64,000 bases of DNA from an uncultured Candidatus Rokubacteria bacterium. GTDB lineage: Bacteria > Methylomirabilota > Methylomirabilia > Rokubacteriales > CSP1-6. Positions within the stretch are counted from its first letter, which is position 1, and each line of letters begins with the position of its first letter. The DNA lies in the NCBI GenBank assembly GCA_963771355.1, contig CAVYTA010000007.1, positions 128,001 through 192,000 on the forward strand, in the 5' to 3' direction. Below the pieces are notes generated by a model that worked only from the letters and a program-made list of their open reading frames with translations, searched no databases and was not told the origin of the DNA. Made by a program: the position numbers and the translations under genes. Positions 21,571 to 33,600 of this stretch are shown piece by piece.

Positions 21571-21666
21571 GGCGAGCCGCAGCCGCAGGCGAGGCGAGCG
21601 GATATGGAAATGGGTCCCGAGCGGAGCGAGGGGGCGAGCCGCAGCCGCAGGCGAGGCGAGCGGATA
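21571..21666 (+). repeat. Two identical 34-bp direct repeats in the envC-ctpA intergenic region
   Basis: ggcgagccgcagccgcaggcgaggcgagcggata at 21571-21604 and 21633-21666. Confidence 0.9.
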
Positions 21667-21711
21667 GATGACGGGTGCGAGCGTAGCGAGCGAGTCCAGG
21701 AGGCAACGCGA

Positions 21712-23016
21712 ATGAGCTCCATGCGGAACGTGAAGAAAGTGGTGATGGCGTCGGCGCTCCTGTTCGTCCTCAGCCTGTCGCTGGGCGGCGGCGGGGTCGC
21801 GAGCAAGAGCCAGGACACCTCGGCCACCTACGAGAACCTCCGACTCTTCACCGAGGTGCTCTCCATCGTCCAGAGCCAGTACGTGGACGAGGTGCCCTCG
21901 AAGGACGTCATCTACAACGCGATCAAGGGCACCCTCCGCGGCCTGGACCCCCACTCCTCCTTCCTCGATCCCGAGATGTACCGGGAGATGCAGGTCGAGA
22001 CCTCGGGTAGCTTCGGCGGACTCGGCATCGAGATCACCCTCCGCGACGACATCCTCACCGTGGTGGCGCCCATCGAGGGCACGCCCGCCTATCGCGCGGG
22101 GATACAGCCGGGCGACCGCATCGTCAAGATCGAGGGCATCTCGACCAAGGACATGCAGCTCACGGATGCGGTGAAGCGCATGCGCGGCAAGCCCGGCTCC
22201 AAGATCATCATCAGCGTGGTCCGCGAGGGCTGGGCGGAGCCCAAGGACTTCGACATCGTCCGCGAGCAGATCCGCGTGCAGTCAGTGAAGACCCAGGAGC
22301 TGGAGACGGGCATCGAGTACATCCGGCTGCGGCAGTTCCAGGAGCAGACCGCCCAGGACCTCGAGACCGTGCTCGACAAGTACGCCAAGGGCGCCAAGAT
22401 CCAGGGGCTCGTGCTCGACCTCCGCAACAACCCCGGCGGCCTCCTCACGTCCGCCGTCGAGGTGACGGAGAAGTTCCTCGACGCGGGCCGGCTGGTGGTC
22501 TACACGGAGGGGCGGGTGCGCAACCAGAACATGCGCTTCCAGGCCAACTCCCGGCGGGTCTACACGGACTTCCCCGTGGTGGTGCTCGTCAATCAGGGCA
22601 GCGCCTCCGCCTCCGAGATCGTCGCCGGCGCGCTCCAGGACTGGGGCCGCGCCATCGTGATCGGGACGCAGAGCTTCGGCAAGGGCTCGGTGCAGACCAT
22701 CATCCCGCTCTCCGACGGATCGGGCCTTCGGCTCACTACCGCGAAGTACTTCACCCCGAAGGGCCGCTCCATCCACGGCAAGGGCATCACCCCGGACATC
22801 ATCGTGGAGGGGCCGAAGACCACGGCGGCGGTGACGGTGCCCGCGCCGGAGGGCGCTCCGGCGCCCCCGAAGCCCGGACCCTCGGTCGAGACCAAGCCGA
22901 GTGACGAGCTCAAGCGTGATCCCCAGCTCCAGCGCGCGCTCGACCTGCTCAAGGCGATGCGCATCCTGGATCGGACACGCCCGGCACCGGCGGGGTCGCA
23001 GGCCCAAGTCAAGTAG
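21712..23016 (+). CDS. ctpA: S41 family carboxy-terminal processing protease
   Basis: LDPHS, FGGLGI (PDZ), LDLRNNPGG, SASASEI, FGKGSVQ; AGGAGG SD. Confidence 0.92.
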   Translation: MSSMRNVKKVVMASALLFVLSLSLGGGGVASKSQDTSATYENLRLFTEVLSIVQSQYVDEVPSKDVIYNAIKGTLRGLDPHSSFLDPEMYREMQVETSGSFGGLGIEITLRDDILTVVAPIEGTPAYRAGIQPGDRIVKIEGISTKDMQLTDAVKRMRGKPGSKIIISVVREGWAEPKDFDIVREQIRVQSVKTQELETGIEYIRLRQFQEQTAQDLETVLDKYAKGAKIQGLVLDLRNNPGGLLTSAVEVTEKFLDAGRLVVYTEGRVRNQNMRFQANSRRVYTDFPVVVLVNQGSASASEIVAGALQDWGRAIVIGTQSFGKGSVQTIIPLSDGSGLRLTTAKYFTPKGRSIHGKGITPDIIVEGPKTTAAVTVPAPEGAPAPPKPGPSVETKPSDELKRDPQLQRALDLLKAMRILDRTRPAPAGSQAQVK

Positions 23017-23027
23017 GACGACGCGGC

Positions 23028-23882
23028 ATGCCGGCCGGAGTGTGGAAGGCTCTGGCCGGCTTCATCGCCGTGCTCGCCGTCGCCGTCGTCGCGCTGGACC
23101 AGTGGCAGGCGCGCCAGGGCCTGACGAGCCTGTTCTGGAGCCCGGGGCGTCCCGCCGCGGAAGCCCGGCCCGCCCGTGCCATCAGCGCCCTGCCGCCGGC
23201 GCCGGCGGCGGCGAGCGGCGCCCCCCGCCTGGCCATCATCGTCGATGACCTCGGAAGCCGGCGCGATGTCTTCGACCTCGTGCGCGACATCGGCCGGCCG
23301 CTCGCGGTGGGCGTGCTGCCCGAGTTGCCGCTGTCGGCGTGGATCGCGGCGGAAGCCTCCCGGGTGGGCCTCGAGGTATTGCTGGATCTCCCGATGGAGC
23401 CGTACCGGTATCCCGAGCTTGACCCGGGGCCGGGTGCCCTCATGATGGCGATGGCTCCGGAGACGCTGGGCCGCCTGGTGGCCAAGCATCTGGCGACCAT
23501 GCCCAGCGCGGTAGGGGTGACCAATCACATGGGGTCGCGCTTGACCGAGGACCGAGGCCGGACGCGGGCGGCGCTGGAGCCGCTGGCCGAGCGGCGCCTC
23601 CTCTTCGTGGACGCCCTGACCAGCAATCACTCGGTCGCGTTCGAGGAGGCGCGGAGGCTGGGCCTGCGGGTGGGCCGCCGCCAGGTAGTGGTGGACCACT
23701 CTGGTGGAGAGGCCGTGGAGCGGGAGCGCTGGGACGAGGCCGCGCGACTCGCGACGGAGCTCGGCGAGGCGATCGTGCTGGCGCACGGGCATCCGCTGAC
23801 CTTGCGGCTGCTCAAGGAGTACGTGCTGAAGTGGGAAGCGGCGGGCATCCGATTGGTGCCGGTCTCGCAGCTGACGCGGTAA
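23028..23882 (+). CDS. Divergent polysaccharide deacetylase (YibQ-like)
   Basis: AIIVDDLG, LPMEP, NHMGS, AHGHP; conserved position after envC/ctpA. Confidence 0.88.
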   Translation: MPAGVWKALAGFIAVLAVAVVALDQWQARQGLTSLFWSPGRPAAEARPARAISALPPAPAAASGAPRLAIIVDDLGSRRDVFDLVRDIGRPLAVGVLPELPLSAWIAAEASRVGLEVLLDLPMEPYRYPELDPGPGALMMAMAPETLGRLVAKHLATMPSAVGVTNHMGSRLTEDRGRTRAALEPLAERRLLFVDALTSNHSVAFEEARRLGLRVGRRQVVVDHSGGEAVERERWDEAARLATELGEAIVLAHGHPLTLRLLKEYVLKWEAAGIRLVPVSQLTR

Positions 23883-23901
23883 GAGGCAAAGGGGCGAGGC
23901 C

Positions 23902-24903
23902 ATGCTGGTGCTGGGTATCGAGACGTCCTGCGACGAGACCGCCGCCGCCGTGCTCGAGGGTGGTCGGAAAGTGCTGGGCCAGATCGTCGCCTCCCAGGAC
24001 GCGGTGCACGGCCCCTACGGGGGCGTGGTGCCGGAGCTGGCCTCACGGCGCCACCTCGAGGATATCCTCCCCGTGATCACGGGCACGCTCCGCCAGGCCG
24101 GAGTGGGGCTGGGTGATCTCGGCGGCATCGCCGTCACCCACGGGCCGGGGCTGGTGGGATCGCTTCTGGTGGGCTGCTCGGTGGCGAAATCGCTCGCCTA
24201 CGTGCATGGCCTCCCCCTGGTGGGCGTCAATCACCTCGAAGGTCATATCTACGCCGCCTTCCTCGAAGATCCCGCTCCCACCTATCCCTTCCTGGCTCTC
24301 GTCGTCTCCGGCGGCCACACCGCGCTCTATCTCGCCCGCGCGCCGCGGGAGTACGCGCGCATCGGCCAGACCCGCGACGACGCCGCGGGGGAGGCCTTCG
24401 ACAAGGTGGCCAAGCTGCTGGGGCTGGGCTATCCGGGCGGGCCCCTCATCGAGCGCACCGCGAAGGTGGGGGACCCGAGCGCCATCTCCTTTTCGACGGC
24501 AAAGATGAGCGACGGCTCGCCGGACTTCTCCTTCAGCGGGATCAAGACCGCGGTGTCCCTGTTCGTGAAGCGCAACGGGCCGCTGGACGCGCGCGTGGTG
24601 GCCGACGTGGCCGCCTCCTTCCAGGCCACCGTGGTGAAGATGCTGGTGCGCAAGACCGCGCGCGCGGCGCAGGGGCTCGGCGTGCGGCGCGTTCTCCTCA
24701 CCGGCGGGGTGGCCGCCAACGGCGCGCTGCGGGCGGCCTTCGAGGCCGAGTGCGGCGAGCGGCGCTGGGAGCTCTTCGTGCCGTCCCGGCCGCTCTGCAC
24801 CGACAACGCGGTCATGATCGCCGCCGCCGGCCACGACCGGCTCGTGGCGGGCGAGCGCGCACCGCTCACCCTCAACGCGATACCGGACCTGGCGCTGGCA
24901 TGA
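23902..24903 (+). CDS. tsaD: tRNA N6-threonylcarbamoyltransferase
   Basis: LGIETSCDET, HLEGH, VSGGHT, GEAFDK, TDNAVMIA. Confidence 0.97.
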   Translation: MLVLGIETSCDETAAAVLEGGRKVLGQIVASQDAVHGPYGGVVPELASRRHLEDILPVITGTLRQAGVGLGDLGGIAVTHGPGLVGSLLVGCSVAKSLAYVHGLPLVGVNHLEGHIYAAFLEDPAPTYPFLALVVSGGHTALYLARAPREYARIGQTRDDAAGEAFDKVAKLLGLGYPGGPLIERTAKVGDPSAISFSTAKMSDGSPDFSFSGIKTAVSLFVKRNGPLDARVVADVAASFQATVVKMLVRKTARAAQGLGVRRVLLTGGVAANGALRAAFEAECGERRWELFVPSRPLCTDNAVMIAAAGHDRLVAGERAPLTLNAIPDLALA

Positions 24904-25997
24904 AGGGACGCGGGCAGGGCCCCCTCGACTACGAGGCCCTGGTGGCGGGGCTCCCCGACGCCCTGGTGGGCGTGGACGACGGCCAGCGCATCGTGCTGTG
25001 GAATCCCGCCGCGGAGGCGCTGCTCGGCCGCTCCTCGCGCCGCGTGACCGGCCGCATGCTCAAGGAGGTCTTTCCCCCCGACACCTCGCTGGTGCGCCAC
25101 CTCCTCGACACCCTGGCCACCGGCGAGAGCCGCTCGGAGTCGGAGGCGACGGTGGAGACGGGGGACGGGCGCGTGGTGCACGTGAGCCTCATGACGGCGC
25201 CGCTGGCCGGCCGGAGCGGGGCCCTCGACGCGGCGGTGGCGGTGGTGCGCGACATCTCGCGCCTGCATCAGCTGGAGGCGGAGGTCCGGCGCGGCGAGAC
25301 CCTGGCCGCGGTGGGGCGCGTCGCGGTGGGCCTCGCCCACGAGATCCGCAATCCGCTGGGCGCCATCCGCGGGGCGGTGCAGCTGCTCAAGCGCGAGCTG
25401 GGCGACGAGGCGCGCTGGGGCGAGTACACGGACGTGCTGCTGCAGGAGGTGACGCGGGTCAACCGCATCATCGAGATGCTGCTCGACCTGGGCCGTCCGG
25501 TCACGCTCCGCCCGGTGCCGCTCAACCTCCACCAGCTGCTCGAGCGCGTGGCCCTCTTGTCCCAGGAGCTCGCGGCGGCGACCGGCGTCCAGATCCAGCG
25601 CCGCTACGATCCGAGCCTGCCGCCCATCCTGGCCGACGAGGATCACCTGCTGCAGGTCTTCCACAACCTCGTGCGCAATGCCATCGAGGCCATGCCCGCG
25701 GGGGGCCGGCTCACCCTGATCTCGCGGCTGTCCAAGAATCCCCTCTTCACCAAGGTGGACCTGGGCGCCGGCCAGCGCAGCATGGCCGAGGTACAGGTGG
25801 TGGACGAGGGCGAGGGCATTCCCGAGGCGACGCACGCCAAGCTCTTCACGCCCTTCTTCACCACCAAGGAAAAGGGTCTCGGCCTGGGGCTGGCCCTCTG
25901 CCACCGCATCCTGGAGGAGCATCGGGGCGCCATCCAGGTCACCAGCGAGCTGGGGCGGGGGACCACCGTCTCCTGCTTCATTCCCCTCGCGCGCTGA
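24900..25997 (+). CDS. PAS sensor histidine kinase, NtrB/GlnL-like
   Basis: PAS domain, AHEIRNPL, RRYDPSLP, NLVRNA, FTPFFTTK, GLGL. Confidence 0.88.
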   Translation: MKGRGQGPLDYEALVAGLPDALVGVDDGQRIVLWNPAAEALLGRSSRRVTGRMLKEVFPPDTSLVRHLLDTLATGESRSESEATVETGDGRVVHVSLMTAPLAGRSGALDAAVAVVRDISRLHQLEAEVRRGETLAAVGRVAVGLAHEIRNPLGAIRGAVQLLKRELGDEARWGEYTDVLLQEVTRVNRIIEMLLDLGRPVTLRPVPLNLHQLLERVALLSQELAAATGVQIQRRYDPSLPPILADEDHLLQVFHNLVRNAIEAMPAGGRLTLISRLSKNPLFTKVDLGAGQRSMAEVQVVDEGEGIPEATHAKLFTPFFTTKEKGLGLGLALCHRILEEHRGAIQVTSELGRGTTVSCFIPLAR

Positions 25998-26022
25998 GCC
26001 GGATCCTCCTGGGTCCCCTCCC

Positions 26023-27456
26023 GTGACCGCCGCCGCCGGGCAGATCCTGATCGCCGATGACGAGGACGGCCTCCGCTGGGTGCTGGAGAAGGGGTTCCGC
26101 GGAGCCGGCTACACCGTCACCGCGGTGAAAGACGGCACCACCGCGCTCCGCGAGGCAGAGGCCAACACCTACGACCTCGTGCTCCTGGACATCCGCATGC
26201 CGGGCATCGACGGCCTCACGCTCCTGCGCCAGCTGCGCGAGCGCCGCCCCGACGCCTTCGTGGTGATCATGACCGCGCACGGCACCATGGAGACGGCCAT
26301 TGCGGCCATGCAGCAGGGCGCCTACGACTATCTGGCCAAGCCGTTCGACATCGACGAGGCGCTGCTCCTCGCCGAGCGGGCGCTGGCCGCGCGGCGGCTG
26401 ACCCAGGAGGTGGCCGCGCTCCGCACGGGTCTCCGGGAGGTGTGGGAGTTCGGCGCTCTCGTGGGGCGACATCCCACCATGCAGGAGGTGTACAAGACGA
26501 TCGGCCGCGTGGCCGCCAGCGATGTGAGCGTGCTGCTCCGCGGCGAGTCCGGCACGGGCAAGGAAGTGGTGGCGCGCGCTCTCCACCACTACAGCCGCCG
26601 GGCGGGGCGGCCGTTCGTGGGCATCTCCGCCGCCGCCATCCCCGGACAGCTCCTCGAGTCCGAGCTGTTCGGCCACGAGAAGGGCGCCTTCACCGACGCC
26701 AAGGAGCGCCGACTCGGCAAGCTCGAGCTGGCGCATGGGGGCAGCGTCTTCTTCGACGAGATCGGCGACATGCCCCCGGAGCTCCAGGTCAAGCTCCTGC
26801 GCGCCCTGCAGGAGCGCACCTTCGAGCGCGTGGGCGGCCACGAGCTGATCCGCATGGACGTGCGGGTGCTGGCCGCCACCCACCGCGACCTCGAGGCGAT
26901 GATGAAGGATGGGCGGTTCCGCGAGGACCTTTTCTACCGCCTCAACGTGGTGTCGCTCTCGCTGCCTGCGCTCCGCGAACGGCGGCAGGACATCCCGCTC
27001 CTGGCCGAGCACTTCCTCGCGAAGTACGCCGACTCCCTCGGCGAGCGGGTGATTGCCCCCGACGCCATGGATCGCCTGGTGGGTCATGACTGGCCGGGCA
27101 ATGTGCGCGAGCTGGAGAACGTGATCCAGCGTGCCATGGTCATGGCGGGCACCGGGGTGGTCATGCCCGAGCATCTCCCCATCGGCCCGGTGTCGGCGGC
27201 GGCCGGCGTGGCCCCCGACGCCACGCTGGAGGACATCATCGAGCGGAGGATGCACGAGTGCGTGCGGGGCATGCGCGGCCACGCCTCCGCCAACCTCCAC
27301 GCCCTCATGGTCGGCCTGGTCGAGAAGCCGCTGCTCCGCGCCGTCATGCGCGAGACCAAGGGTAATCAGGTCCGCGCCGCCCAGCTCCTGGGGATCAACC
27401 GCAACACCCTCCGGAAGAAGCTGAAGGAGCACGGGCTCGACCCCGACGCGGCCTGA
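26023..27456 (+). CDS. Sigma54-dependent response regulator, NtrC-like
   Basis: REC domain, GESGTGKE, ESELFGHEKGAFTDA, WPGNVRELEN, Fis-type HTH (AAQLLGINRNTLRKK). Confidence 0.92.
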   Translation: MTAAAGQILIADDEDGLRWVLEKGFRGAGYTVTAVKDGTTALREAEANTYDLVLLDIRMPGIDGLTLLRQLRERRPDAFVVIMTAHGTMETAIAAMQQGAYDYLAKPFDIDEALLLAERALAARRLTQEVAALRTGLREVWEFGALVGRHPTMQEVYKTIGRVAASDVSVLLRGESGTGKEVVARALHHYSRRAGRPFVGISAAAIPGQLLESELFGHEKGAFTDAKERRLGKLELAHGGSVFFDEIGDMPPELQVKLLRALQERTFERVGGHELIRMDVRVLAATHRDLEAMMKDGRFREDLFYRLNVVSLSLPALRERRQDIPLLAEHFLAKYADSLGERVIAPDAMDRLVGHDWPGNVRELENVIQRAMVMAGTGVVMPEHLPIGPVSAAAGVAPDATLEDIIERRMHECVRGMRGHASANLHALMVGLVEKPLLRAVMRETKGNQVRAAQLLGINRNTLRKKLKEHGLDPDAA

Positions 27457-27458
27457 AC

Positions 27459-27539
27459 CCCGGCCTCGGGCGGCGGGGGCGTACTCGCTTGCTCAGTACC
27501 CCATTCGCCGCGAGCACGCCCCCGCCGCTCGAGGCCGGG
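27459..27539. repeat. 30-bp inverted repeat (2 mismatches, 21-nt loop) between convergent genes; REP-like element or bidirectional terminator
   Basis: cccggcctcgggcggcgggggcgtactcgc (27459-88) pairs with gcgagcacgcccccgccgctcgaggccggg (27510-39). Confidence 0.85.
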
Positions 27540-27543
27540 AGGA

Positions 27544-28719
27544 CTAGCGGGGCAGGCCGAGCAGCCGGTCGCCGATGATGTTGCGCTGGATCTGATCGGT
27601 GCCGCCGGCGATCCCGAAGCGGTGGGCGAAGAGCGACTGAAAGGCCCAGCGGCCGTCCTCCGGCGCTCGGGGCTGGTCGCCCCAGAGCTGGGCATACGGC
27701 CCCAGGAGCGCGGCGGCGATCTCGGCCATCTGCTTGTAGGCCTCGGTGAACGTGAGCTTGAGCACCGAGCCTTCCGCGCCCACCGGCTGGCCGTTGAGCT
27801 CCCGCGTGAGGTAGCGGAGATTGGTGAGGCGCAGCACCCGCCCCGCGATCACGAGCTCCGCCAGGCGCTGGCGGTACACGGGATCCGCGCCGCCCTGCCG
27901 CCGCGCCAGCGCGAGCACCCGGTCGATGTAGAAGTGGAGGTTCACCATGCCGCCGATGGACTGCCGCTCGTACATGAGGATGGTCACGGCGACGTCCCAG
28001 CCCCGGTGCAGCGCGCCCACCAGGTTCTCGCGCGGCACCCGCACCCCGTCGAAGAACACCTCGTTGAACTCGGAGTCCCCGGTGAGCTGACGCAACGGAC
28101 GGATGGTGATGCCCGGGGAGCGCATGTCGACGAGGAGGCAGGAGATGCCCCCATGCCGCGTGGAGCCGGGCTCGCTCCGGGCGAGCAGGAGGCAGTAGTC
28201 CGACCGGTGCGCGTGCGAGGTCCACACCTTCTGGCCGGTGACCACGAAGTGGTCCCCGTCGAGAACGGCGCGCGTGGACAGATTGGCGAGATCGCTGCCG
28301 GCATTGGGCTCGGAGAAGCCCTGGCACCAGATCTCATCGGCGTTGAGGATGGGCTTGAGCCAGCGCTGCTTCTGCGCGGGGGTGCCGTGCACCATGAGGG
28401 CCGGCGCCACCATGCCGAGGCCGATGGTGTTCACGCCGGGCGGGGCCCCGGCCGCGATCAGCTCCTCGGCGAAGATGAGCTGCTCGACGAGGGTGACGCC
28501 GCGCCCCCCGAGCTCCTTCGGCCAGCGGAGTCCCATCCAGCCGCCCGCGTACATGCGCCGGTGCCAGGCCCGGCAGGCGTCGAAGGACCGGTCGGGGTGA
28601 AGGGTCAGCTCGTCATCGGACGCCGGATGGACCTGGCGGTGCGCGGGCAGGTGGGCGGCCAGCCACGCGCGCAGCTCGGCGCGGAACGCCGCCTCCGCGG
28701 GCGAATCGGCAAAGTCCAT
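27544..28719 (-). CDS. Acyl-CoA dehydrogenase family protein
   Basis: MDFADSP..FRAELRAW, WCQGFSEPNAGSDL, GQKVWTS, IAGGTDQIQRNII. Confidence 0.92.
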   Translation of the reverse strand: MDFADSPAEAAFRAELRAWLAAHLPAHRQVHPASDDELTLHPDRSFDACRAWHRRMYAGGWMGLRWPKELGGRGVTLVEQLIFAEELIAAGAPPGVNTIGLGMVAPALMVHGTPAQKQRWLKPILNADEIWCQGFSEPNAGSDLANLSTRAVLDGDHFVVTGQKVWTSHAHRSDYCLLLARSEPGSTRHGGISCLLVDMRSPGITIRPLRQLTGDSEFNEVFFDGVRVPRENLVGALHRGWDVAVTILMYERQSIGGMVNLHFYIDRVLALARRQGGADPVYRQRLAELVIAGRVLRLTNLRYLTRELNGQPVGAEGSVLKLTFTEAYKQMAEIAAALLGPYAQLWGDQPRAPEDGRWAFQSLFAHRFGIAGGTDQIQRNIIGDRLLGLPR

Positions 28720-28736
28720 GGCTGCGCTGACGGGGG

Positions 28737-30476
<1,740 letters not shown>

Positions 30477-30486
30477 CTGCATGGGA

Positions 30487-30515
30487 ATCGTACGGCCGCG
30501 TCCCCGGCCCGTCAA
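30487..30515 (-). promoter_or_regulatory. Sigma70-type promoter for the riboswitch and thiC
   Basis: TTGACG-N17-TACGAT on the minus strand just upstream of the aptamer. Confidence 0.75.
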
Positions 30516-30641
30516 GGCGGCCGATTATGGAGACGGCCTGACGCACGGCGGCGTTATGATGGAGTGAAGGTACGAGACGGCTGGGTCCCAACTTGCAGCG
30601 CGGTCTCCGAGGCTTGAACACCCAATGGTAGCCAGGTTCCC

Positions 30642-33600
30642 ATGACCGGCCAATCCGGCACCCCGCACGATCCAGGGACTCGTGAGCTCGAGGTCTTCGC
30701 CGAATCCAGCTGGCTGGTGGCGTCCACCCTCGATCTGGGCGAGGTCCTCGAGCGCCTCGCCGACGTGGCCCAGACGCGGCTGGGGGTCGACATCGTCCGC
30801 ATCTGGCTCCTCGATGCTCGCACGGGCCTGCTCAGCCTCCGGGCGGAGACGGGGACGTCGGGCCGGCCGGTGGCGTTCGCGCAGACGCTCAGCGTGGGCG
30901 AGGGCCTCGCCGGACGGGTCTTCGAGACCCAGCAGTCGCTGGTGGTGCCCGACGTCATGCAGGACGCGCGGGTGCGGAACCGCACGTGGTTCGAGTCCGA
31001 AGGCGTCCACTCCTCGATGCTGGTTCCCATCCTCCTCGACACGAGCCCCATCGGGATCATCGCGTGCATGACGCGGACGCGGCGGGAATTCGCCCCCGAC
31101 GAGGTCAAGCTGGCCGCCGCCGTCGCCGCCCCCGCCGCCACCGCGGTGCGCAACGCCGGGCTCTACGCGGACGCGCTGCAGCGGCTCGAAGAGATCCAGG
31201 CCTTCCAGCGGGTGACCTCGGAGACCCTGTCCTCGCCGGATCTTGAAACCGCGCTGCGCACCGTGCTCCGGGAGACGCGGCACCTCCTGCGCGCGGACGG
31301 CGCCTTCTGCTCCTTCGTGGACTCGCCCAGCCGTGACGTGCAGACGGTGGTCACCCTCGGCGCCCACACCGCCGAGTTCCCGCGCTCCCGCGTGACCCCG
31401 GGCGAGGGAATGAGCGGCCTCGTCCTCGGCGCGCGCCGGGCGGTGCGCACCGACGCGTACCTGACCGACCCGCGGTTTCTCCGCGCCCCGCACCTCGTAG
31501 AGTGGGCCCGCGCGGAGTCGACGCAGGCGATGATCGGCGCGCCCGTCTTCGACCGCGACGGCCAGGTCATCGCCCTCCTCTGGGCATACAACCGGAGCGC
31601 CACCCTCTTCACCGCCGGCGACGAGTCGGTGATCTCGGGCCTCGCCCAGCAGGCGGCGCTGGCTATCGGCACCGCCCGCGGCATGGAGGGTGAGCGCCAC
31701 CGGGCGCGCCAGACCGCCGCGCTGCTCGAGATCGCGCAGGTGTGCGCGTCCACCCTCGAGCTGCGCCCGCTGCTGCGCGCGGTGGCCCTCCAGGTCGCCC
31801 GGGCGCTGGCGGCGGAGCGCTGCACCATCAATTTCTGGAGAGGCGCCGTGCTCGTGCCGGTGATGTCCCAGTTTGCCGACGGCCACGTCGATGCCACGCT
31901 GTGGGAGCGCTACAAGGAGATGGGCAAGGACGGGGTCGACGCGATTCCCGCGGATCTGGGCGCGGTGAAGACGCGCCGGCCGGTGATGGTGGAGGACATG
32001 AACACGTCGGACCTCGTCGCCCCCGCGTGGGTGAAGGCCTTCGGCATTCGCACCCTCCTCGTGGTGCCGCTGATCTCCGGCGACCGCGTCATCGGCACCC
32101 TGGCCCTCGACGACACGCGCGGGCCGCGGGCGTGGACGGCCGCGGACCAGGATCTCGCCACCACGATGGCCGCCCAGGTGGCCCTGGCGGTGGACCGCGC
32201 CCGCCAGTACGAGGAAGCCGCGCAGCGTGCCTCCGAGGTGCAGACCCTGTCCGCGGTCGGCGAGACGCTCGCCTCCACCCTCGACCTCCAGGAGGTGCTG
32301 GACGCGATCGCGGACAGCGCGATCAAGGTCACCGGCGCGCAGCGGGCGGTGGTCTTCGAGATGGACCAGGCCGCGGGCCACCTGCTGGCGCGGGCGGTGC
32401 GGGGGATGGCCGTCGACAAGGGCTACGTGGTGCACCTGGGCCAGGGTGCGGCGGGGACCGCGGTGGCGCAGCGGGCGCCGGTATGGAGCCCGGACGTGGT
32501 GGCCGAGCCGCCCCCCGCCTATGACTCCATGCAGGTGCAGGCGGGCATGACCCTCGCCGAGATGGCCACCCACTTCGGCTACCGGGCGGTGCTCGCCGTC
32601 CCCGTGGTCAGCCGCGATGCGGTGCTGGGTGCGGTATGCATCTACTGGGACGAGGTCCATCGGCCCGACGAGCGCGAGATCCGGCTCCTCAGCGCGCTGG
32701 CGCGGCAGGCCGCCATCGCCATGGACAATGCCCGCCTGGTCTCCGATCTCCGCCGCACGCTGGACGACCTCAAGGCCGCCCAGGACACCCTGGTGCGCGG
32801 CGCCACCCTGCGAGCGGTGGGGGAGCTGGCCGCGGGGGCCTCGCACCACCTCAACAACCTCATGGCGGTGGTGCTGGGGCGCACCCAGCTGCTCCTGATG
32901 AAGAAGCCGCCCGAGGCGATGATGGCGAGCCTCAAGACCATCGAGCGCGCGGCGGTGGACGCCGCCGAGACGGTGCGGCGCATCCAGGCCTTCGGGCGCA
33001 CGGATACGAGAGACGCGGAGGTGGCCTTCGATCTCAACGGCACCGTGCGCGAGGGCATACAGCTCACGCGCCCGCGCTGGGAGCACGAGGCCCAGGTCCG
33101 CGGTGCTCGCGTCGAGGTGATCTACGACCCGGTGACGCCGCTGCGCGTGCCCGGGCGCGCCGCCGAGATCCGGGAAGTGGTGACCAGCCTCATCCTCAAC
33201 GCGGTGGACGCCATGCCCTCAGGCGGGCGCATGGTGATCCGCGTGCAGGCGGACAAGGGCCGAGCCGTCGTGTCGGTAAGCGACTCGGGCGCGGGGATGT
33301 CCGCGGAGGTGAAGCGTCGGGCCTTCGAGCCCTTCTTCACCACCAAGGGCGTGAAGAGCACGGGCCTGGGCCTGGCGGTGGCGTACGGCACCATCCGGCG
33401 TCACGGCGGCGAGATCTCCGTGGAGAGCACGGAGGGGATCGGCACCACGGTGACCTTCTGGCTGCCCACCGCGAACAGCGCGGTGACCGTGGCCGCGCCC
33501 CCCGCGGAGCCGCGGCCCGAGCGCAAGGGCAAGATCCTCGTCATCGACGACGAGGTGTCCGTCCTGGAGATCGTCGCCGAGGTGCTCTCCGCGCGCGGCC

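Noticed and set aside
21571..21666. Mini CRISPR array (34-bp repeats, 28-nt spacer)
   Set aside because: Only two repeats, the linkers resemble each other, and there are no cas genes or AT-rich leader.
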